From a virus (lineage: Duplodnaviria; Caudoviricetes), in the IMG/VR virus record IMGVR_UViG_3300047400_000352, positions 1-33,435 of that record: a stretch of 33,435 bases of DNA. One strand, written 5' to 3'. Of the stretch, positions 9,767 through 19,951 are shown piece after piece; positions within the stretch are counted from its first letter, which is position 1; each line of letters opens with the position of its first letter. The notes under the pieces were generated by a model that made no database searches, was not told the origin of the DNA, and saw only the letters and a program-made list of their open reading frames with translations. Made by a program: the position numbers and the translations under genes.

Positions 9767-10332
9767 TTAATCCAATACCAAACATCACATTCTGTTGTTA
9801 GAATTTCTTTGCCTACTTTAACAGCAAACTCTTTGGCTGCACGATTGACACCTTCGATGGCGGTAAAATCGTGGCCAGCAAAAATGCCTCCAGGTTTAAC
9901 CTTGGAATAATAGTTTGCACAGTCAATCGTTAATTGTTCATAGGTGTGTAAACCATCAATAAAGACCAAATCATATTCACCATCACCAAATAATCCGGAT
10001 GCATCATCAGATGTTTTACGAATGTGTGTAAATCTGTTTGAATAACCTTTTAATCTGTCATTCATTCTTTTACACATTTCTTCACGTTCGTTCATCATTC
10101 TGCCGTTCCAGTCTTGGTATTCCATATAAGGATCAACAGAAGTTAAATTCAAAGTGGGATTTGAATCTAATAGAAAATTGGCTGTGTCTCCAATATCACA
10201 ACCAATTTCAATTGCTCTTGGATTTTTCAAATCTTTAATCAATGCACCTAGACCGTAACCAGAACATTTAAAAGATTGTTGTTGAATACCAAATGCTTGG
10301 TTTTCTGTATTAAAAACAATCACATCATTCAT
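9763..10332 (-). CDS. Class I SAM-dependent methyltransferase (Methyltransf_24-like)
   Basis: IEIGCDIG motif I, DLVFIDGLHTYE, KPGGIFAGHD. Confidence 0.85.
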   Translation of the reverse strand: MNDVIVFNTENQAFGIQQQSFKCSGYGLGALIKDLKNPRAIEIGCDIGDTANFLLDSNPTLNLTSVDPYMEYQDWNGRMMNEREEMCKRMNDRLKGYSNRFTHIRKTSDDASGLFGDGEYDLVFIDGLHTYEQLTIDCANYYSKVKPGGIFAGHDFTAIEGVNRAAKEFAVKVGKEILTTECDVWYWIK

Positions 10333-10334
10333 GA

Positions 10335-11192
10335 TTAAACCTTGTAGACGAACGAACCACTATCGTCTTGTTGACCAAACTTTTCTTGGACGAACTTTTT
10401 CCATTCGGGAACACGATCATATTGGTGAACGATTGGATATACATATTGATCGTGTGTTTTTACCAGTCCATCCTGGAATACAGGTTCAGCCGAAAGCAAT
10501 TTTGGTCTAAAATCGTTGATCTTTGTAGGATCAGCAACAGTTCCAGCTTCGCAAGCCCAATGATATGAAGCTACAATACTATCTTTAAATGGTTGTGTGT
10601 TGATTAAAACATTGAATACTGCCTGATCACAAATTGGAATCGGTCTGTTGATGGCGTTTGTGAAAATGTGAAAAACCATATCCATAACATAATCTGCATG
10701 ACCACCAAAAGTTCCAACATTATAGATTGGCATATTTTTAAATAAACCATGAACGTATGGTCCATATGATTTGAAAAGATTTTCGTTACCCCAAGGTTCA
10801 TCACAATATCTTAGAGCTTCACCTGCAATCACTAGTCTTAAATTTCCTGGTGAATCAAAAGCTGTTTCAAAGAAATCGAAAGGACTCTTTTGGAAATAAA
10901 CATCTTTAACATCTGTCACTACAACATAATGATAGTTTGCCCAAAAGTTTCTTAGATATTCATAGATATAAAGAAAACGATATACGTGAATAGGAATATT
11001 ATCGTTTTTGGCCATAGGAAAAACAATTACTCCTTGTTCTTCCAACCACTTAGTAGTTTCTTCGGTAGTTTCACCCGCACACAATACAACATCGCAATTT
11101 TCACCGCCATGTTCTTTCGCAGATAAAACCCAAGGTTTTAACTCGTTAATACCATATCTTGTAAAACCACCAATAATTAAATTTTTATCCAT
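10335..11192 (-). CDS. Putative nucleotide-diphospho-sugar transferase (GT-A fold)
   Basis: VVVTDVKDVYFQKSPF (DxxD), NVGTFGG, DQAVFN and HQYDR motifs. Confidence 0.7.
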   Translation of the reverse strand: MDKNLIIGGFTRYGINELKPWVLSAKEHGGENCDVVLCAGETTEETTKWLEEQGVIVFPMAKNDNIPIHVYRFLYIYEYLRNFWANYHYVVVTDVKDVYFQKSPFDFFETAFDSPGNLRLVIAGEALRYCDEPWGNENLFKSYGPYVHGLFKNMPIYNVGTFGGHADYVMDMVFHIFTNAINRPIPICDQAVFNVLINTQPFKDSIVASYHWACEAGTVADPTKINDFRPKLLSAEPVFQDGLVKTHDQYVYPIVHQYDRVPEWKKFVQEKFGQQDDSGSFVYKV

Positions 11193-11887
11193 GGGAACTC
11201 TCCATTATATTTTTGTTTCATAATTTCATTGCCTTTTAAAAAGAATTCTGCATTAACAGAACCCGGATTTCCATCAACACGATAGTTAACTGTGTATTTA
11301 CCAGTACAATCAAATTTAGGAAAATGTTGAGATAACACAGAAAGAAAAACTCTGTCTTGGCCCCAACCGCCATGCCATACACTTGCTAATTTTATCGCAA
11401 CCGATGTTTTTATGCAATAGCAATTAGTATCTATGTGATTTACTCCATGATACGTTTGCCATTTACCAAGAGATTCGCAATCATCGTTACAAATATAATT
11501 GCCTTCTTTGTCACATATCTTACGGAGTGAATAGGACCAATCCAGGTCTTTCTCTTTCATGATTTCGATACATTGTTCTACGTGATCTGGTTCGAACCAA
11601 CAGTCTTGATCCAGGTAAAGAACATAGTCGGTATTGATTAGGTGTGTAAATGCTGCATAAACACGATGGCCATAGAATCCGTTGGCACCGACATTAATTG
11701 GTAGAAAACACTTTTCTAATTTTTTTCTTGATAGAAAATTATCGGTAATAATTCTCGTTTTTGAATGTGTTTGAATACCATCAGCTACAACATAGCACAT
11801 GGTATCATATGTTTGATTCATCACACCTTTTACAGCATCTTCCAACTCTGGAGAACCCGTGGTTGGTATAATCACAGTTGCACTCAT
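11177..11887 (-). CDS. Glycosyltransferase family 2
   Basis: TVIIPT...VMNQTY...VVADG and the YLDQD DxD motif. Confidence 0.85.
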   Translation of the reverse strand: MSATVIIPTTGSPELEDAVKGVMNQTYDTMCYVVADGIQTHSKTRIITDNFLSRKKLEKCFLPINVGANGFYGHRVYAAFTHLINTDYVLYLDQDCWFEPDHVEQCIEIMKEKDLDWSYSLRKICDKEGNYICNDDCESLGKWQTYHGVNHIDTNCYCIKTSVAIKLASVWHGGWGQDRVFLSVLSQHFPKFDCTGKYTVNYRVDGNPGSVNAEFFLKGNEIMKQKYNGEFPWIKI

Positions 11888-11908
11888 AATATCCTTTATT
11901 CAATTATT

Positions 11909-12655
11909 TTATACGAAACAACCCAAATTCATTTGATTCTTAATTATATTAACCGATTTTCCATCCACCGGTGCAATATTAAACGGAGATTTTTTAGAAG
12001 AAGGAATAGAAAACTGCATTTCAAAGGTAAATTGATAGTTGTCGCTGCCCTTATATTGTACACGAATACGATATATTGCTTTTGCTGATTGTCCAAAACG
12101 AGGAACATCTTTAAGTTTCAAAGGGTTTGAACTTCCCATCAAATAAAATCCATGTGTTCCAACGTTTACATAGTATGTATCTTTCTTGTTATAGTATTCT
12201 TCAATTTTAGAAGCAGAAATTTCACCTTTAATATCAGGAAAAGTATCTCTGTCTCTTTCGTATATTTGTTTTTTAGACATACCTTTTGTTTGTAAAGGTA
12301 ATAAATCGTCCTTCTCTCTTTTCAGAGGAATACTTTTCCAGTTTTTCTTAAGCAAATCATACACACCAATTTCTTCCGCAAGATTTTTGATGAACATTTT
12401 TTCTGCATCATCTTCTTGAATTTTATTGAAAGACCATGGGTTTCTTTTATTTTTCCCGTCATACTTTAACACAAGAGAACCTGCTGATGCAGCTGAAATT
12501 TTCAATTCGCAACCTGATTTCTTATTGTTATGTTCCAACATCAAATCAGGCTGGTCATGGCCTGCGCCAGCAGGAACAAAAGATTTTGGAACCAAACCTA
12601 ATGGTTTTAAAACTTTTGCTGCGTTCTTTTCGTATTCGAAACCTTGTTGTGCCAT
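11909..12655 (-). CDS. PD-(D/E)XK nuclease-fold protein
   Basis: GFEYE helix, PDLML and CELK motif spacing typical of restriction-like nucleases. Confidence 0.55.
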   Translation of the reverse strand: MAQQGFEYEKNAAKVLKPLGLVPKSFVPAGAGHDQPDLMLEHNNKKSGCELKISAASAGSLVLKYDGKNKRNPWSFNKIQEDDAEKMFIKNLAEEIGVYDLLKKNWKSIPLKREKDDLLPLQTKGMSKKQIYERDRDTFPDIKGEISASKIEEYYNKKDTYYVNVGTHGFYLMGSSNPLKLKDVPRFGQSAKAIYRIRVQYKGSDNYQFTFEMQFSIPSSKKSPFNIAPVDGKSVNIIKNQMNLGCFV

Positions 12656-12674
12656 TATTGACCTTAAATAGAAA

Positions 12675-12681
12675 TATTTAT
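12675..12681 (-). promoter_or_regulatory. Probable late promoter (ATAAATA)
   Basis: ATAAATA overlaps the stop of the upstream gene, 20 nt before the ATG at 12655. Confidence 0.45.
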
Positions 12682-13787
12682 CTGATGATTTGAATATCTT
12701 TTCCTGAAGTCCATACTTCTAATTCAGTTCTCAATCGACCTTCATTATATAAAGTTTCATACCGATTGCAAGCTTTGTTTCGCCACCACTCAATCAAATT
12801 CTTCAAATGATGTTTTTCATAATTTTCACCAGGTGATAATTTATCAGTTTTACAATTAATATAATCTTTCATATTTTTAAAACCATAGTCAGAATGGTAA
12901 TATCGCTTCTGTTCTGTCAACCCTTTAGCCTTCTCAATCGTTGATATGAATGTCCGTCCTTCATCAGTATCCTTTAGGGCTGATTTAGTTAGAGCTATAA
13001 TTCTCATTGTAATCTTAAGCTTTTTACTTGAGGCTTCCGGATCGATAATCTCACCAACTTTACTTTCCACAAAGTTTTTTAGATTCTCATAGGGTTTACC
13101 ATGCATCATGGGAACAAAGTCACTATCGGTTAATCCATTATAACGTATATATGGTTTCATACCATCATATTGTGATACAGTTTTTGATGATCCATATAGA
13201 CTTGTTGTTTCAAACAGACACAGATTCATTCCATATTTCTTATTCACAATCTCTCTGACTTCATGTGAGGTACAGATACCTGCAAGTAACTTTCCGCCAA
13301 GATAATTGAAACCGAAAGGTTGTGATGGAACAATCACAAAACCCATCAAAGCAGAATCGTTGAATCGTTTGGACCATTCAGGTTGTTGTGTAAAAACCTG
13401 ACCAAGTAATTCATTACGAGGTTTCATATTGATAACAGGAGAACCAAGGCGGATAAATCCAACCCATTTATCTGTATTGGTTTCTTTTACACCCAATCTT
13501 ATTTGCCGGCCAACAGGTGAAATGTTGATGTGTGAAGAGGTAATATTCAGTAGTGTTTCCCATTCTGATTGTGCCATACCAACAACTTCAAAATTCATAT
13601 CTTTTGGATGCATTTTGAAATCAGAAAACAATTCATCTTCCAATGGAAATAAAGGATTAGTTGGCAACTCAGAAAGAGAAGCCAACTTTTGGTCTCTCAT
13701 GTATTCATCGATGCGATTAAAATTACCAAAGTAATCTTCAAACACCTTTGCACAATATAGTGCATCATCAAACTTTAAATCCATCAA
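12678..13787 (-). CDS. DUF4338 / Druantia DruA-like protein
   Basis: PVGRQIR, GFIRLGSP, PFGFNYLGGKLLA and TTSLYG..SQY motifs recalled for this family. Confidence 0.65.
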   Translation of the reverse strand: MMDLKFDDALYCAKVFEDYFGNFNRIDEYMRDQKLASLSELPTNPLFPLEDELFSDFKMHPKDMNFEVVGMAQSEWETLLNITSSHINISPVGRQIRLGVKETNTDKWVGFIRLGSPVINMKPRNELLGQVFTQQPEWSKRFNDSALMGFVIVPSQPFGFNYLGGKLLAGICTSHEVREIVNKKYGMNLCLFETTSLYGSSKTVSQYDGMKPYIRYNGLTDSDFVPMMHGKPYENLKNFVESKVGEIIDPEASSKKLKITMRIIALTKSALKDTDEGRTFISTIEKAKGLTEQKRYYHSDYGFKNMKDYINCKTDKLSPGENYEKHHLKNLIEWWRNKACNRYETLYNEGRLRTELEVWTSGKDIQIIR

Positions 13788-15165
13788 AGCTCTTCTTCAT
13801 TGGTTTTTCACGATTGCCAAAAGTATTCAGGGGTTTATCTGTAATGCCAGCATCAGCCAGACCATCTTGTGCTGATTGTTCAACATCATATAGTTTCATT
13901 TTTGATCTGTCAACACCTATGGTAAATCTCTTATACATTGTTGGATCGGAGTAACGATTCTTCAACTGTTTGACCATAATTTGGCCAAGTTCTTCTAGTT
14001 CTTCGGATGTAATCAACGCAAACATCAAGTCGGCGGTAGCTGGCAAACCAAAAGACTCACTTGTGTCCTCAAGTCCGGGATCGGAACTTGTATAACCTGA
14101 CCGAGTTGTCTGTGTAGCAGAAACAATTGGAACTCCGAATTCAACGGCAAGACCTCGCAATTCTTCGGCAATTGCCTTGACATAGGTATAAGAGTTGACA
14201 TTAGCTCCGGCTTTAATACGAGAACTACAACAAATATTGAGGTAATCCACAAAGATAATATCAGGAACAAAGCTTTTCTTGAGATTGAGTTCATTTAACA
14301 AAGTCCTAAAGTGTGTAACAGATGCGGCCGCAGTTGGATATTCTTTGATAATAAGTTTACCCACAGTCTTTGAACGAACCTTTTCTATCTTTCTATCATA
14401 CATTTCTTTTGGTAGACTAACCAAATCATCTACTGTTACGTTCAGCAAGTTTGCATCTATGCGTTCAGCAATTTTTTCTTCAGCCATTTCCATAGTGATA
14501 TACAGTACATTTTTGCCTTGCACCATACAACCAGCGGCAACGTGACACATAAAGAGAGACTTACCAACACCGGTACCAGCAAGAGCGATATTAAGAGTTT
14601 TAATAGGAAGACCGCCTTTTGTAATTTTATTGAAGTATTCCAAATCAAAAGGAATTCGTTCTTCTTTTCTATGATAAAATTCAAAACGTTCATCACTATT
14701 CTCCAAATAATCGTGGCCTACAGAACTATCAAAACTTACTGCGAGGGCATCGGAAAGTAACTTAGGTATGGACCCCTTATCTTGGGTTTTGTCCTTCCCA
14801 TCGAGGATTGAAATAGACCCCAATACTGCATTGTATATGGCCTTCTCTTGACAGAATTTTTCGGTTTTATCAACCAACCAGTCAATCTTGGATTGTTCAT
14901 CCTTAAATTTGACAATCTCCTGTAAACAAGTTTCGCACTTCTCCACTTCATCATCTGAGAGATTTCGCCTTTCTTTGACGGCCAATTCAAGTGCTTCAAT
15001 CGTTGGTGTAGAATTATAGTCCTCAACGAATTTGGAAATTTCATTGAAGATTGTTCTATCGGTCCTATCCGTGAAGTAGTCGGCTTTAATAAAAGGGAGT
15101 ACTTTGCGTAAGTATTCATCATTGTAAATTAGATTCTTCAGAATCATTTGTTCCAGTTTCATCAA
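13768..15165 (-). CDS. 41: Replicative DNA helicase, T4 gp41-like (DnaB family)
   Basis: AGTGVGKS Walker A, YITMEMAEE, IFVDYLNI, SESFGLPATAD, KQLKNRY. Confidence 0.97.
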   Translation of the reverse strand: MMKLEQMILKNLIYNDEYLRKVLPFIKADYFTDRTDRTIFNEISKFVEDYNSTPTIEALELAVKERRNLSDDEVEKCETCLQEIVKFKDEQSKIDWLVDKTEKFCQEKAIYNAVLGSISILDGKDKTQDKGSIPKLLSDALAVSFDSSVGHDYLENSDERFEFYHRKEERIPFDLEYFNKITKGGLPIKTLNIALAGTGVGKSLFMCHVAAGCMVQGKNVLYITMEMAEEKIAERIDANLLNVTVDDLVSLPKEMYDRKIEKVRSKTVGKLIIKEYPTAAASVTHFRTLLNELNLKKSFVPDIIFVDYLNICCSSRIKAGANVNSYTYVKAIAEELRGLAVEFGVPIVSATQTTRSGYTSSDPGLEDTSESFGLPATADLMFALITSEELEELGQIMVKQLKNRYSDPTMYKRFTIGVDRSKMKLYDVEQSAQDGLADAGITDKPLNTFGNREKPMKKSFDGFKV

Positions 15166-15445
15166 TTATGTCCTGTTCCATATTTTGTGACATTAGTTCG
15201 ACCAATAGGTCACCAATGTAGTTTTTAAAATCACCGTCTTTTTCTAACTTACCTGGTTTCTTAACTGGTGATTCTATCACATCATAAGCAAAAAGTAAAT
15301 AGACCTGTTCATTTTCTTCTTTGAATTTAACTTTACCATATTTGAATACGGTATCTTTATATGGTCCATCTAAAAACCTAATGTGAACTGCCGCACCATC
15401 TTCTTTTGGATAAATGAAGCAGTAATCTAAACCTTCAATCATCAT
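15119..15445 (-). CDS. Small protein at the syntenic position of T4 gp40 (head vertex assembly chaperone-like)
   Basis: 108 aa between uvsX and gene 41; assignment rests mainly on synteny. Confidence 0.5.
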   Translation of the reverse strand: MMIEGLDYCFIYPKEDGAAVHIRFLDGPYKDTVFKYGKVKFKEENEQVYLLFAYDVIESPVKKPGKLEKDGDFKNYIGDLLVELMSQNMEQDIIDETGTNDSEESNLQ

Positions 15446-16503
15446 TCACTCTCTGCAAATGTTTGTTCAATATCGGAATCTTGTAAAATTTCCGATGCAG
15501 CAACACGATATTTGCTTTCAACAAAATCACGGAACGATTGTTGTTTTAAAACAGGAATCCAAAACTCAGATGTGTTGGTGTCTTTCTCACGATATTTCTT
15601 TTCTTCAACTTCACCAGTTTCAATATTTACTTTTGAATACCACCCATTACTTGGCTTAATAACATGTCCAGATTCAAGAGCAAGGTCAAGTAAACCAGAC
15701 CACCTATTAATACCACCATCAAAAGATACATTGACAGGTATTTTAGATTTTTCTTTAACATAACGGGATTTTTCTACGTTGATGATGAAATTGTAACCTG
15801 TGATTTCGGTTCCGTCTTTTTCTTGTTGACGGCCAAGAATAAAGATGTTATCAGCAGAATAATAAGAACCTGTACCACCACCAACAATATCTTTAGGAAA
15901 CATGCCAATTTCTTTGTATGTGTGGTTGACAACAACCATTGGAACATCTTTCATGGTTAGGTGCGGCGTCACCATACGAAACAAACTTTTAACTTGTTTA
16001 GCACGGCTCATATCAGCAACAGACTTTTGATCCAAAGCATCTTCAACTTCTTTCTTAGAAGCAAGATTACCAATCGAATCAACAACAATAATGACATGTT
16101 CACCACGTTCAATATTTGTGAGTTGATTCATAATATCAAATTTCAACTGTTCAATGTCTGTAATAGGAGTATGGAGCACCCTGTCAGTATCGATGCCGAA
16201 GCTATCAAAATAAGACTGCGGAGTACCGAATTCAGAATCGTAAAAAAGCAATGCAGCATCTTCATATTTGTCCATATAAGATTTGGCCATCAATAAGGAA
16301 AATGCAGTCTTAAAATGTTTGGATGGACCTGCCCACATTGTAAGACCAGGAGTTAGGCCCCCATCCAACTTACCAGACAACGCAATGTTGACTGCTGGTA
16401 CGGATGTAGGAATCATATCCTTTTGTGTGAAAAATTTTGATTTGGATAGAATAGCAGAATCTTTGATAGAACTATTCTTTTTAATTTTGTCAAGTATACT
16501 CAT
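15442..16503 (-). CDS. uvsX: UvsX RecA-like recombinase
   Basis: AGPSKHFKT, FYDSEFG, VVDSIGNLASKKE, SLFRMVTP, VVNHTY. Confidence 0.97.
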   Translation of the reverse strand: MSILDKIKKNSSIKDSAILSKSKFFTQKDMIPTSVPAVNIALSGKLDGGLTPGLTMWAGPSKHFKTAFSLLMAKSYMDKYEDAALLFYDSEFGTPQSYFDSFGIDTDRVLHTPITDIEQLKFDIMNQLTNIERGEHVIIVVDSIGNLASKKEVEDALDQKSVADMSRAKQVKSLFRMVTPHLTMKDVPMVVVNHTYKEIGMFPKDIVGGGTGSYYSADNIFILGRQQEKDGTEITGYNFIINVEKSRYVKEKSKIPVNVSFDGGINRWSGLLDLALESGHVIKPSNGWYSKVNIETGEVEEKKYREKDTNTSEFWIPVLKQQSFRDFVESKYRVAASEILQDSDIEQTFAESE

Positions 16504-16512
16504 ATTAATCCT

Positions 16513-19086
16513 TTAAGCAAAAAAATCTTCCAATGAAGAACTCTTTTCTGTTTTCCAACCCATGCAATCTAGAATAATGCGGATTGGTTCAAGAAACGCC
16601 TTTTCGAATTGTACATCATAATCAATATATTCGTCAAGCTGAAATTCTTTTGGAATTCTGGTAGGGAATGAAATCACATCTTCTTTCATAGGATTCGGCA
16701 TTTTGAGATAGGTAAATTTGATCTTTTCACCTTCTTGAATTTTTTGGTATTTCTTTTCTAGACCAAATTGTTTCAGGTGTTGATTGTATACAAGAGCACC
16801 ACGAACATGAATTGGTGTACCTTTTTTGTAAAGAGTTACCGAATCGGAATAAGTATTTAGCCCATTCAGACCACGTGGAAAAGATATTTCTTCTGGTGGT
16901 AACTTTTTAAATTCCTCTCTGAATTTGGCAATATACTCCTGCACTTCCGTTTCAGTACCAGTCATCATCAGTTGGATGGTAGACTTCATCTTTTCACGGA
17001 TAGCAGATGGTGTGGAAGATTTAATCATTTCCAATCCCATGACTTTCATCTTAGGTTCAGAATAATGAACACCTTCATTGTTATACACATTTAGAATATA
17101 TCGTTTCTTGGCCGTCCATACGCCTTTGTCGGACAAACCTTCACGTTTCATTTGCATCTTCTGATCGTAAGCCTTGACATAATCTGCCAATTCTTTATAT
17201 GATTTATCAATATATGGTTGAATCTTTTCTTCACAAACTTTGTCCATGAAGTTGATAATTTTTTGTCTGTCAATATTAGGAGAAACAGAATTCTTTTCGC
17301 CGGTGCCATAGACTTTATCAACCAAATCACCCATACGTAGATAGATCGAATCGGTATCAGATGCAATAACATAATCACGGTTTTCTGTTTGTAGAACCTT
17401 GTTCATCCATTCGTTGATTTTGCCTTCGATCCAACGAATTGAGAGTTGACCCGCAGTAGTGACTCCCAGAGCCATGCGTAGGTCATAAAACCTAAAATAC
17501 TGGCTTCCCAAAGCACCGTAGGCAGAGTTGAGGGATACTTTCTTTGCAAGTTGTAGGTTGTTGTATCTGGCGATTCGTTTTTCGTGTTCGTAGTAATTCG
17601 ATTTATCTTTTTCATTCTCTTTCTCCTGTTGTGCTTTCAACATCATCTTTTTAAATTTCTTGCGATCTTCATACATTTCTTCCAACATCTTTGGTAAGAA
17701 ACCTTGAATATCGGTACGGAAAAATTGTCCGTTAGGTGTGATAGTTGCATCAGTAAGATTCGATGTATCAACACCTTTCTTCAACATCTTTTCAACAGAA
17801 ACACCTTGTGAAAGAATGTTTCGCATTTCTTGTGTATAATTGGAAGGATCAATTAATGTTTCGGGTGAAATATTATACTGCATCATTAAGTGTGGATACA
17901 GACTGTTCAAGTCAAACGAAGCCACCCAATCGTGTTTTCCAACCTGAGGATCTTTTACATATGCACCTTCAAATGCCGAATCTTTATCCTGCACTTCTCT
18001 TGGTGGCACAATAATGCCTTGGTTGTAGAGATATGAATAGGTCATTGAATCCCACATACGAGTCTGTGCAAAGATATCTTCATAGTTGCATTTCGTATCA
18101 TAGGCCAAAGTTAAACCAAGTTCAATCAACTTCAGTTTATCTTCCATCTTTTCAATCAGCAAAACGTCTTTGATGTTATACTCAATGAATTTCTGGAAGT
18201 TCAACCTATAAAGTTGATGAAGGTTATCATACTCATCATATGATATTTTACTTTCGCCAATTTCCACGTTGGCGATATTATCCAAACGATATGATTCTTG
18301 TGATTTACCACCCGGCGCATACCATTTGTATAGTTCAATATAATCTAGTTGTTCAACACCAAGGAAACCATATGCCGTCATTGCACGACCATTGATAACG
18401 GTCTTGCGTTCCGAAATAAAGTTCCAAGGTGACATTTTCTTGGCTTCATCTTCACCAAGAATTTTACGAAAACGATTCACAAGATAAGGTACATCAAAGA
18501 ACTTGGTGTTCCAACCAGTCAATACATCTGGTGTTCTGGCAATCCAAGCTGTGATGAAAGATTTACACAAAGACCACTCATCTTTGCATTTGTGATATGT
18601 AATTGCATCAGGAGTTTCATTATTAAATTCACCACAACCCCAAACATGCATATGGCCACCAAGGGTTTTCCAAGCAATCGCAGTAATTGGTTCGTTAGCT
18701 AGATACGGATCAGGGAAACCATTTTCTGAACCAACCTCAATATCGATGATGGCCACATCAATTTTGTCTTGGTCCCACTCGACCATATCGGTGTGCTGTT
18801 CAGCAATGAAAGCATATTCATATCTGGTTTGACCATAAATTTTTGGTCCACCAGAAACACCATCAAATTTTTTGATGTAGTCTCTTGCATCATAGATAGA
18901 ATCAAACTTCTTCTCTACCAGAGGTAGACCTTCAAGTGATCTATGTGTGGTTACTTTTGTGGCAGGCAAATATAACTTAGGCTCGTAATCAATCTTGACC
19001 TTTACTTTTTTACCGCCACGAACACCACGATAAAGAATTTTGCCGCCAATAGATTGAACGTTTGTATAGAAATTTTTTGTCATCAT
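16513..19086 (-). CDS. 43: Family B DNA polymerase, T4 gp43-like
   Basis: Exo DIE, GWNTKFFD and YNIKD; Pol SFDLNSLYP, KVSLNSAYGALG, SDTDS and KKRY. No intein-sized insertion. Confidence 0.98.
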   Translation of the reverse strand: MMTKNFYTNVQSIGGKILYRGVRGGKKVKVKIDYEPKLYLPATKVTTHRSLEGLPLVEKKFDSIYDARDYIKKFDGVSGGPKIYGQTRYEYAFIAEQHTDMVEWDQDKIDVAIIDIEVGSENGFPDPYLANEPITAIAWKTLGGHMHVWGCGEFNNETPDAITYHKCKDEWSLCKSFITAWIARTPDVLTGWNTKFFDVPYLVNRFRKILGEDEAKKMSPWNFISERKTVINGRAMTAYGFLGVEQLDYIELYKWYAPGGKSQESYRLDNIANVEIGESKISYDEYDNLHQLYRLNFQKFIEYNIKDVLLIEKMEDKLKLIELGLTLAYDTKCNYEDIFAQTRMWDSMTYSYLYNQGIIVPPREVQDKDSAFEGAYVKDPQVGKHDWVASFDLNSLYPHLMMQYNISPETLIDPSNYTQEMRNILSQGVSVEKMLKKGVDTSNLTDATITPNGQFFRTDIQGFLPKMLEEMYEDRKKFKKMMLKAQQEKENEKDKSNYYEHEKRIARYNNLQLAKKVSLNSAYGALGSQYFRFYDLRMALGVTTAGQLSIRWIEGKINEWMNKVLQTENRDYVIASDTDSIYLRMGDLVDKVYGTGEKNSVSPNIDRQKIINFMDKVCEEKIQPYIDKSYKELADYVKAYDQKMQMKREGLSDKGVWTAKKRYILNVYNNEGVHYSEPKMKVMGLEMIKSSTPSAIREKMKSTIQLMMTGTETEVQEYIAKFREEFKKLPPEEISFPRGLNGLNTYSDSVTLYKKGTPIHVRGALVYNQHLKQFGLEKKYQKIQEGEKIKFTYLKMPNPMKEDVISFPTRIPKEFQLDEYIDYDVQFEKAFLEPIRIILDCMGWKTEKSSSLEDFFA

Positions 19087-19391
19087 CCTGTAATAATTTT
19101 TTTGTCGCCGGGAAGAATTAGACCGAGACCAAAAATTTGTTCGTAATTTTTACAAAAGTCTGCGGCAGGAACATAACAGTATACAACGTGTTCAAGCCTA
19201 AAGTCAATAGTTGCATCTTTGACTTCTTCAACGTATGTAGGAAAGGGTGCGAATCCAACATTTGGTTGTCCATCTTTTCCACGCATAACTGCAACAAGCA
19301 CAGGATTTTTAATGGTAATTTTACCACCATCACCAATCAATTCACCAATGATTTCTTCACCTGTAACCAATTTTAAAATACGAATATCCAT
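19083..19391 (-). CDS. Conserved hypothetical protein upstream of gp43 (Sm-like fold possible)
   Basis: MDIRILKLVTGEEIIGE...IKNP pattern, AAAGGA RBS, overlaps the gp43 start. Confidence 0.75.
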   Translation of the reverse strand: MDIRILKLVTGEEIIGELIGDGGKITIKNPVLVAVMRGKDGQPNVGFAPFPTYVEEVKDATIDFRLEHVVYCYVPAADFCKNYEQIFGLGLILPGDKKIITG

Positions 19392-19412
19392 GATTATTCC
19401 TTTTTGTTGAGA

Positions 19413-19420
19413 TATAAATA
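19413..19420 (+). promoter_or_regulatory. T4 late promoter TATAAATA driving the plus-strand operon
   Basis: Exact TATAAATA 57 nt upstream of the ATG at 19478. Confidence 0.8.
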
Positions 19421-19430
19421 CTTATATCAC

Positions 19431-19459
19431 ATTATACAGTAAATGAATTTATTTGTCAA
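19431..19459 (-). promoter_or_regulatory. Sigma70 consensus promoter for the replication operon
   Basis: Minus strand TTGACA (19459-19454), 17-nt spacer, TATAAT (19436-19431). Confidence 0.9.
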
Positions 19460-19477
19460 TACCTAAAAGGGAAAAAA

Positions 19478-19951
19478 ATGTTCAAGAAGTTCACCACTTT
19501 GGTGCTTTTTGTCATGGCTACATCATCGATGGCACAGACCATTGTAACTGATTCGACTTCAAATAGTAACACCAATAGCACCAGTTACTCAAAATCGGAA
19601 ACAACCGTACATACTCCTCCTCCTTCCGCTATTGCACCTGCGATTACATCTATCAACAATGATTTGTGCGTTGTTGGTGCGTCTGGTGCAGTCCAAACAC
19701 AAATCTTTGGATTATCTTTTGGTTCTACCGCAAGAGACATGAATTGTGAACGTATTAAACTTGCAAAAAACCTATACGACATGGGTATGAAAGTTGCGGC
19801 CGTGGCTACACTTTGCCAAGATCGCAGAGTATTTGATGCCATGATGAGTGCAGGAACACCATGTCCAGTAGAAGGTAAAATTGGTGTGGATGCCAAATCA
19901 TATTGGGAAGAAAACCCAGATAAAATACCAACTCCTGTAAAAGAGAAATGA
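19478..19951 (+). CDS. Secreted hypothetical protein with signal peptide and conserved Cys residues
   Basis: MFKKFTTLVLFVMATSSMA/Q signal-peptide pattern, Ser/Thr linker, PPPSAIAP and four Cys. Confidence 0.8.
   Translation: MFKKFTTLVLFVMATSSMAQTIVTDSTSNSNTNSTSYSKSETTVHTPPPSAIAPAITSINNDLCVVGASGAVQTQIFGLSFGSTARDMNCERIKLAKNLYDMGMKVAAVATLCQDRRVFDAMMSAGTPCPVEGKIGVDAKSYWEENPDKIPTPVKEK

Noticed and set aside
13768-19086. Inteins or introns in gp41, uvsX or gp43
   Set aside because: Lengths are normal, motifs are contiguous, and no splice motifs were seen.
670-19410. Numerous short plus-strand and alternate-frame ORFs overlapping the large minus-strand genes
   Set aside because: They are shadow ORFs of the real genes, without RBS or recognisable motifs.
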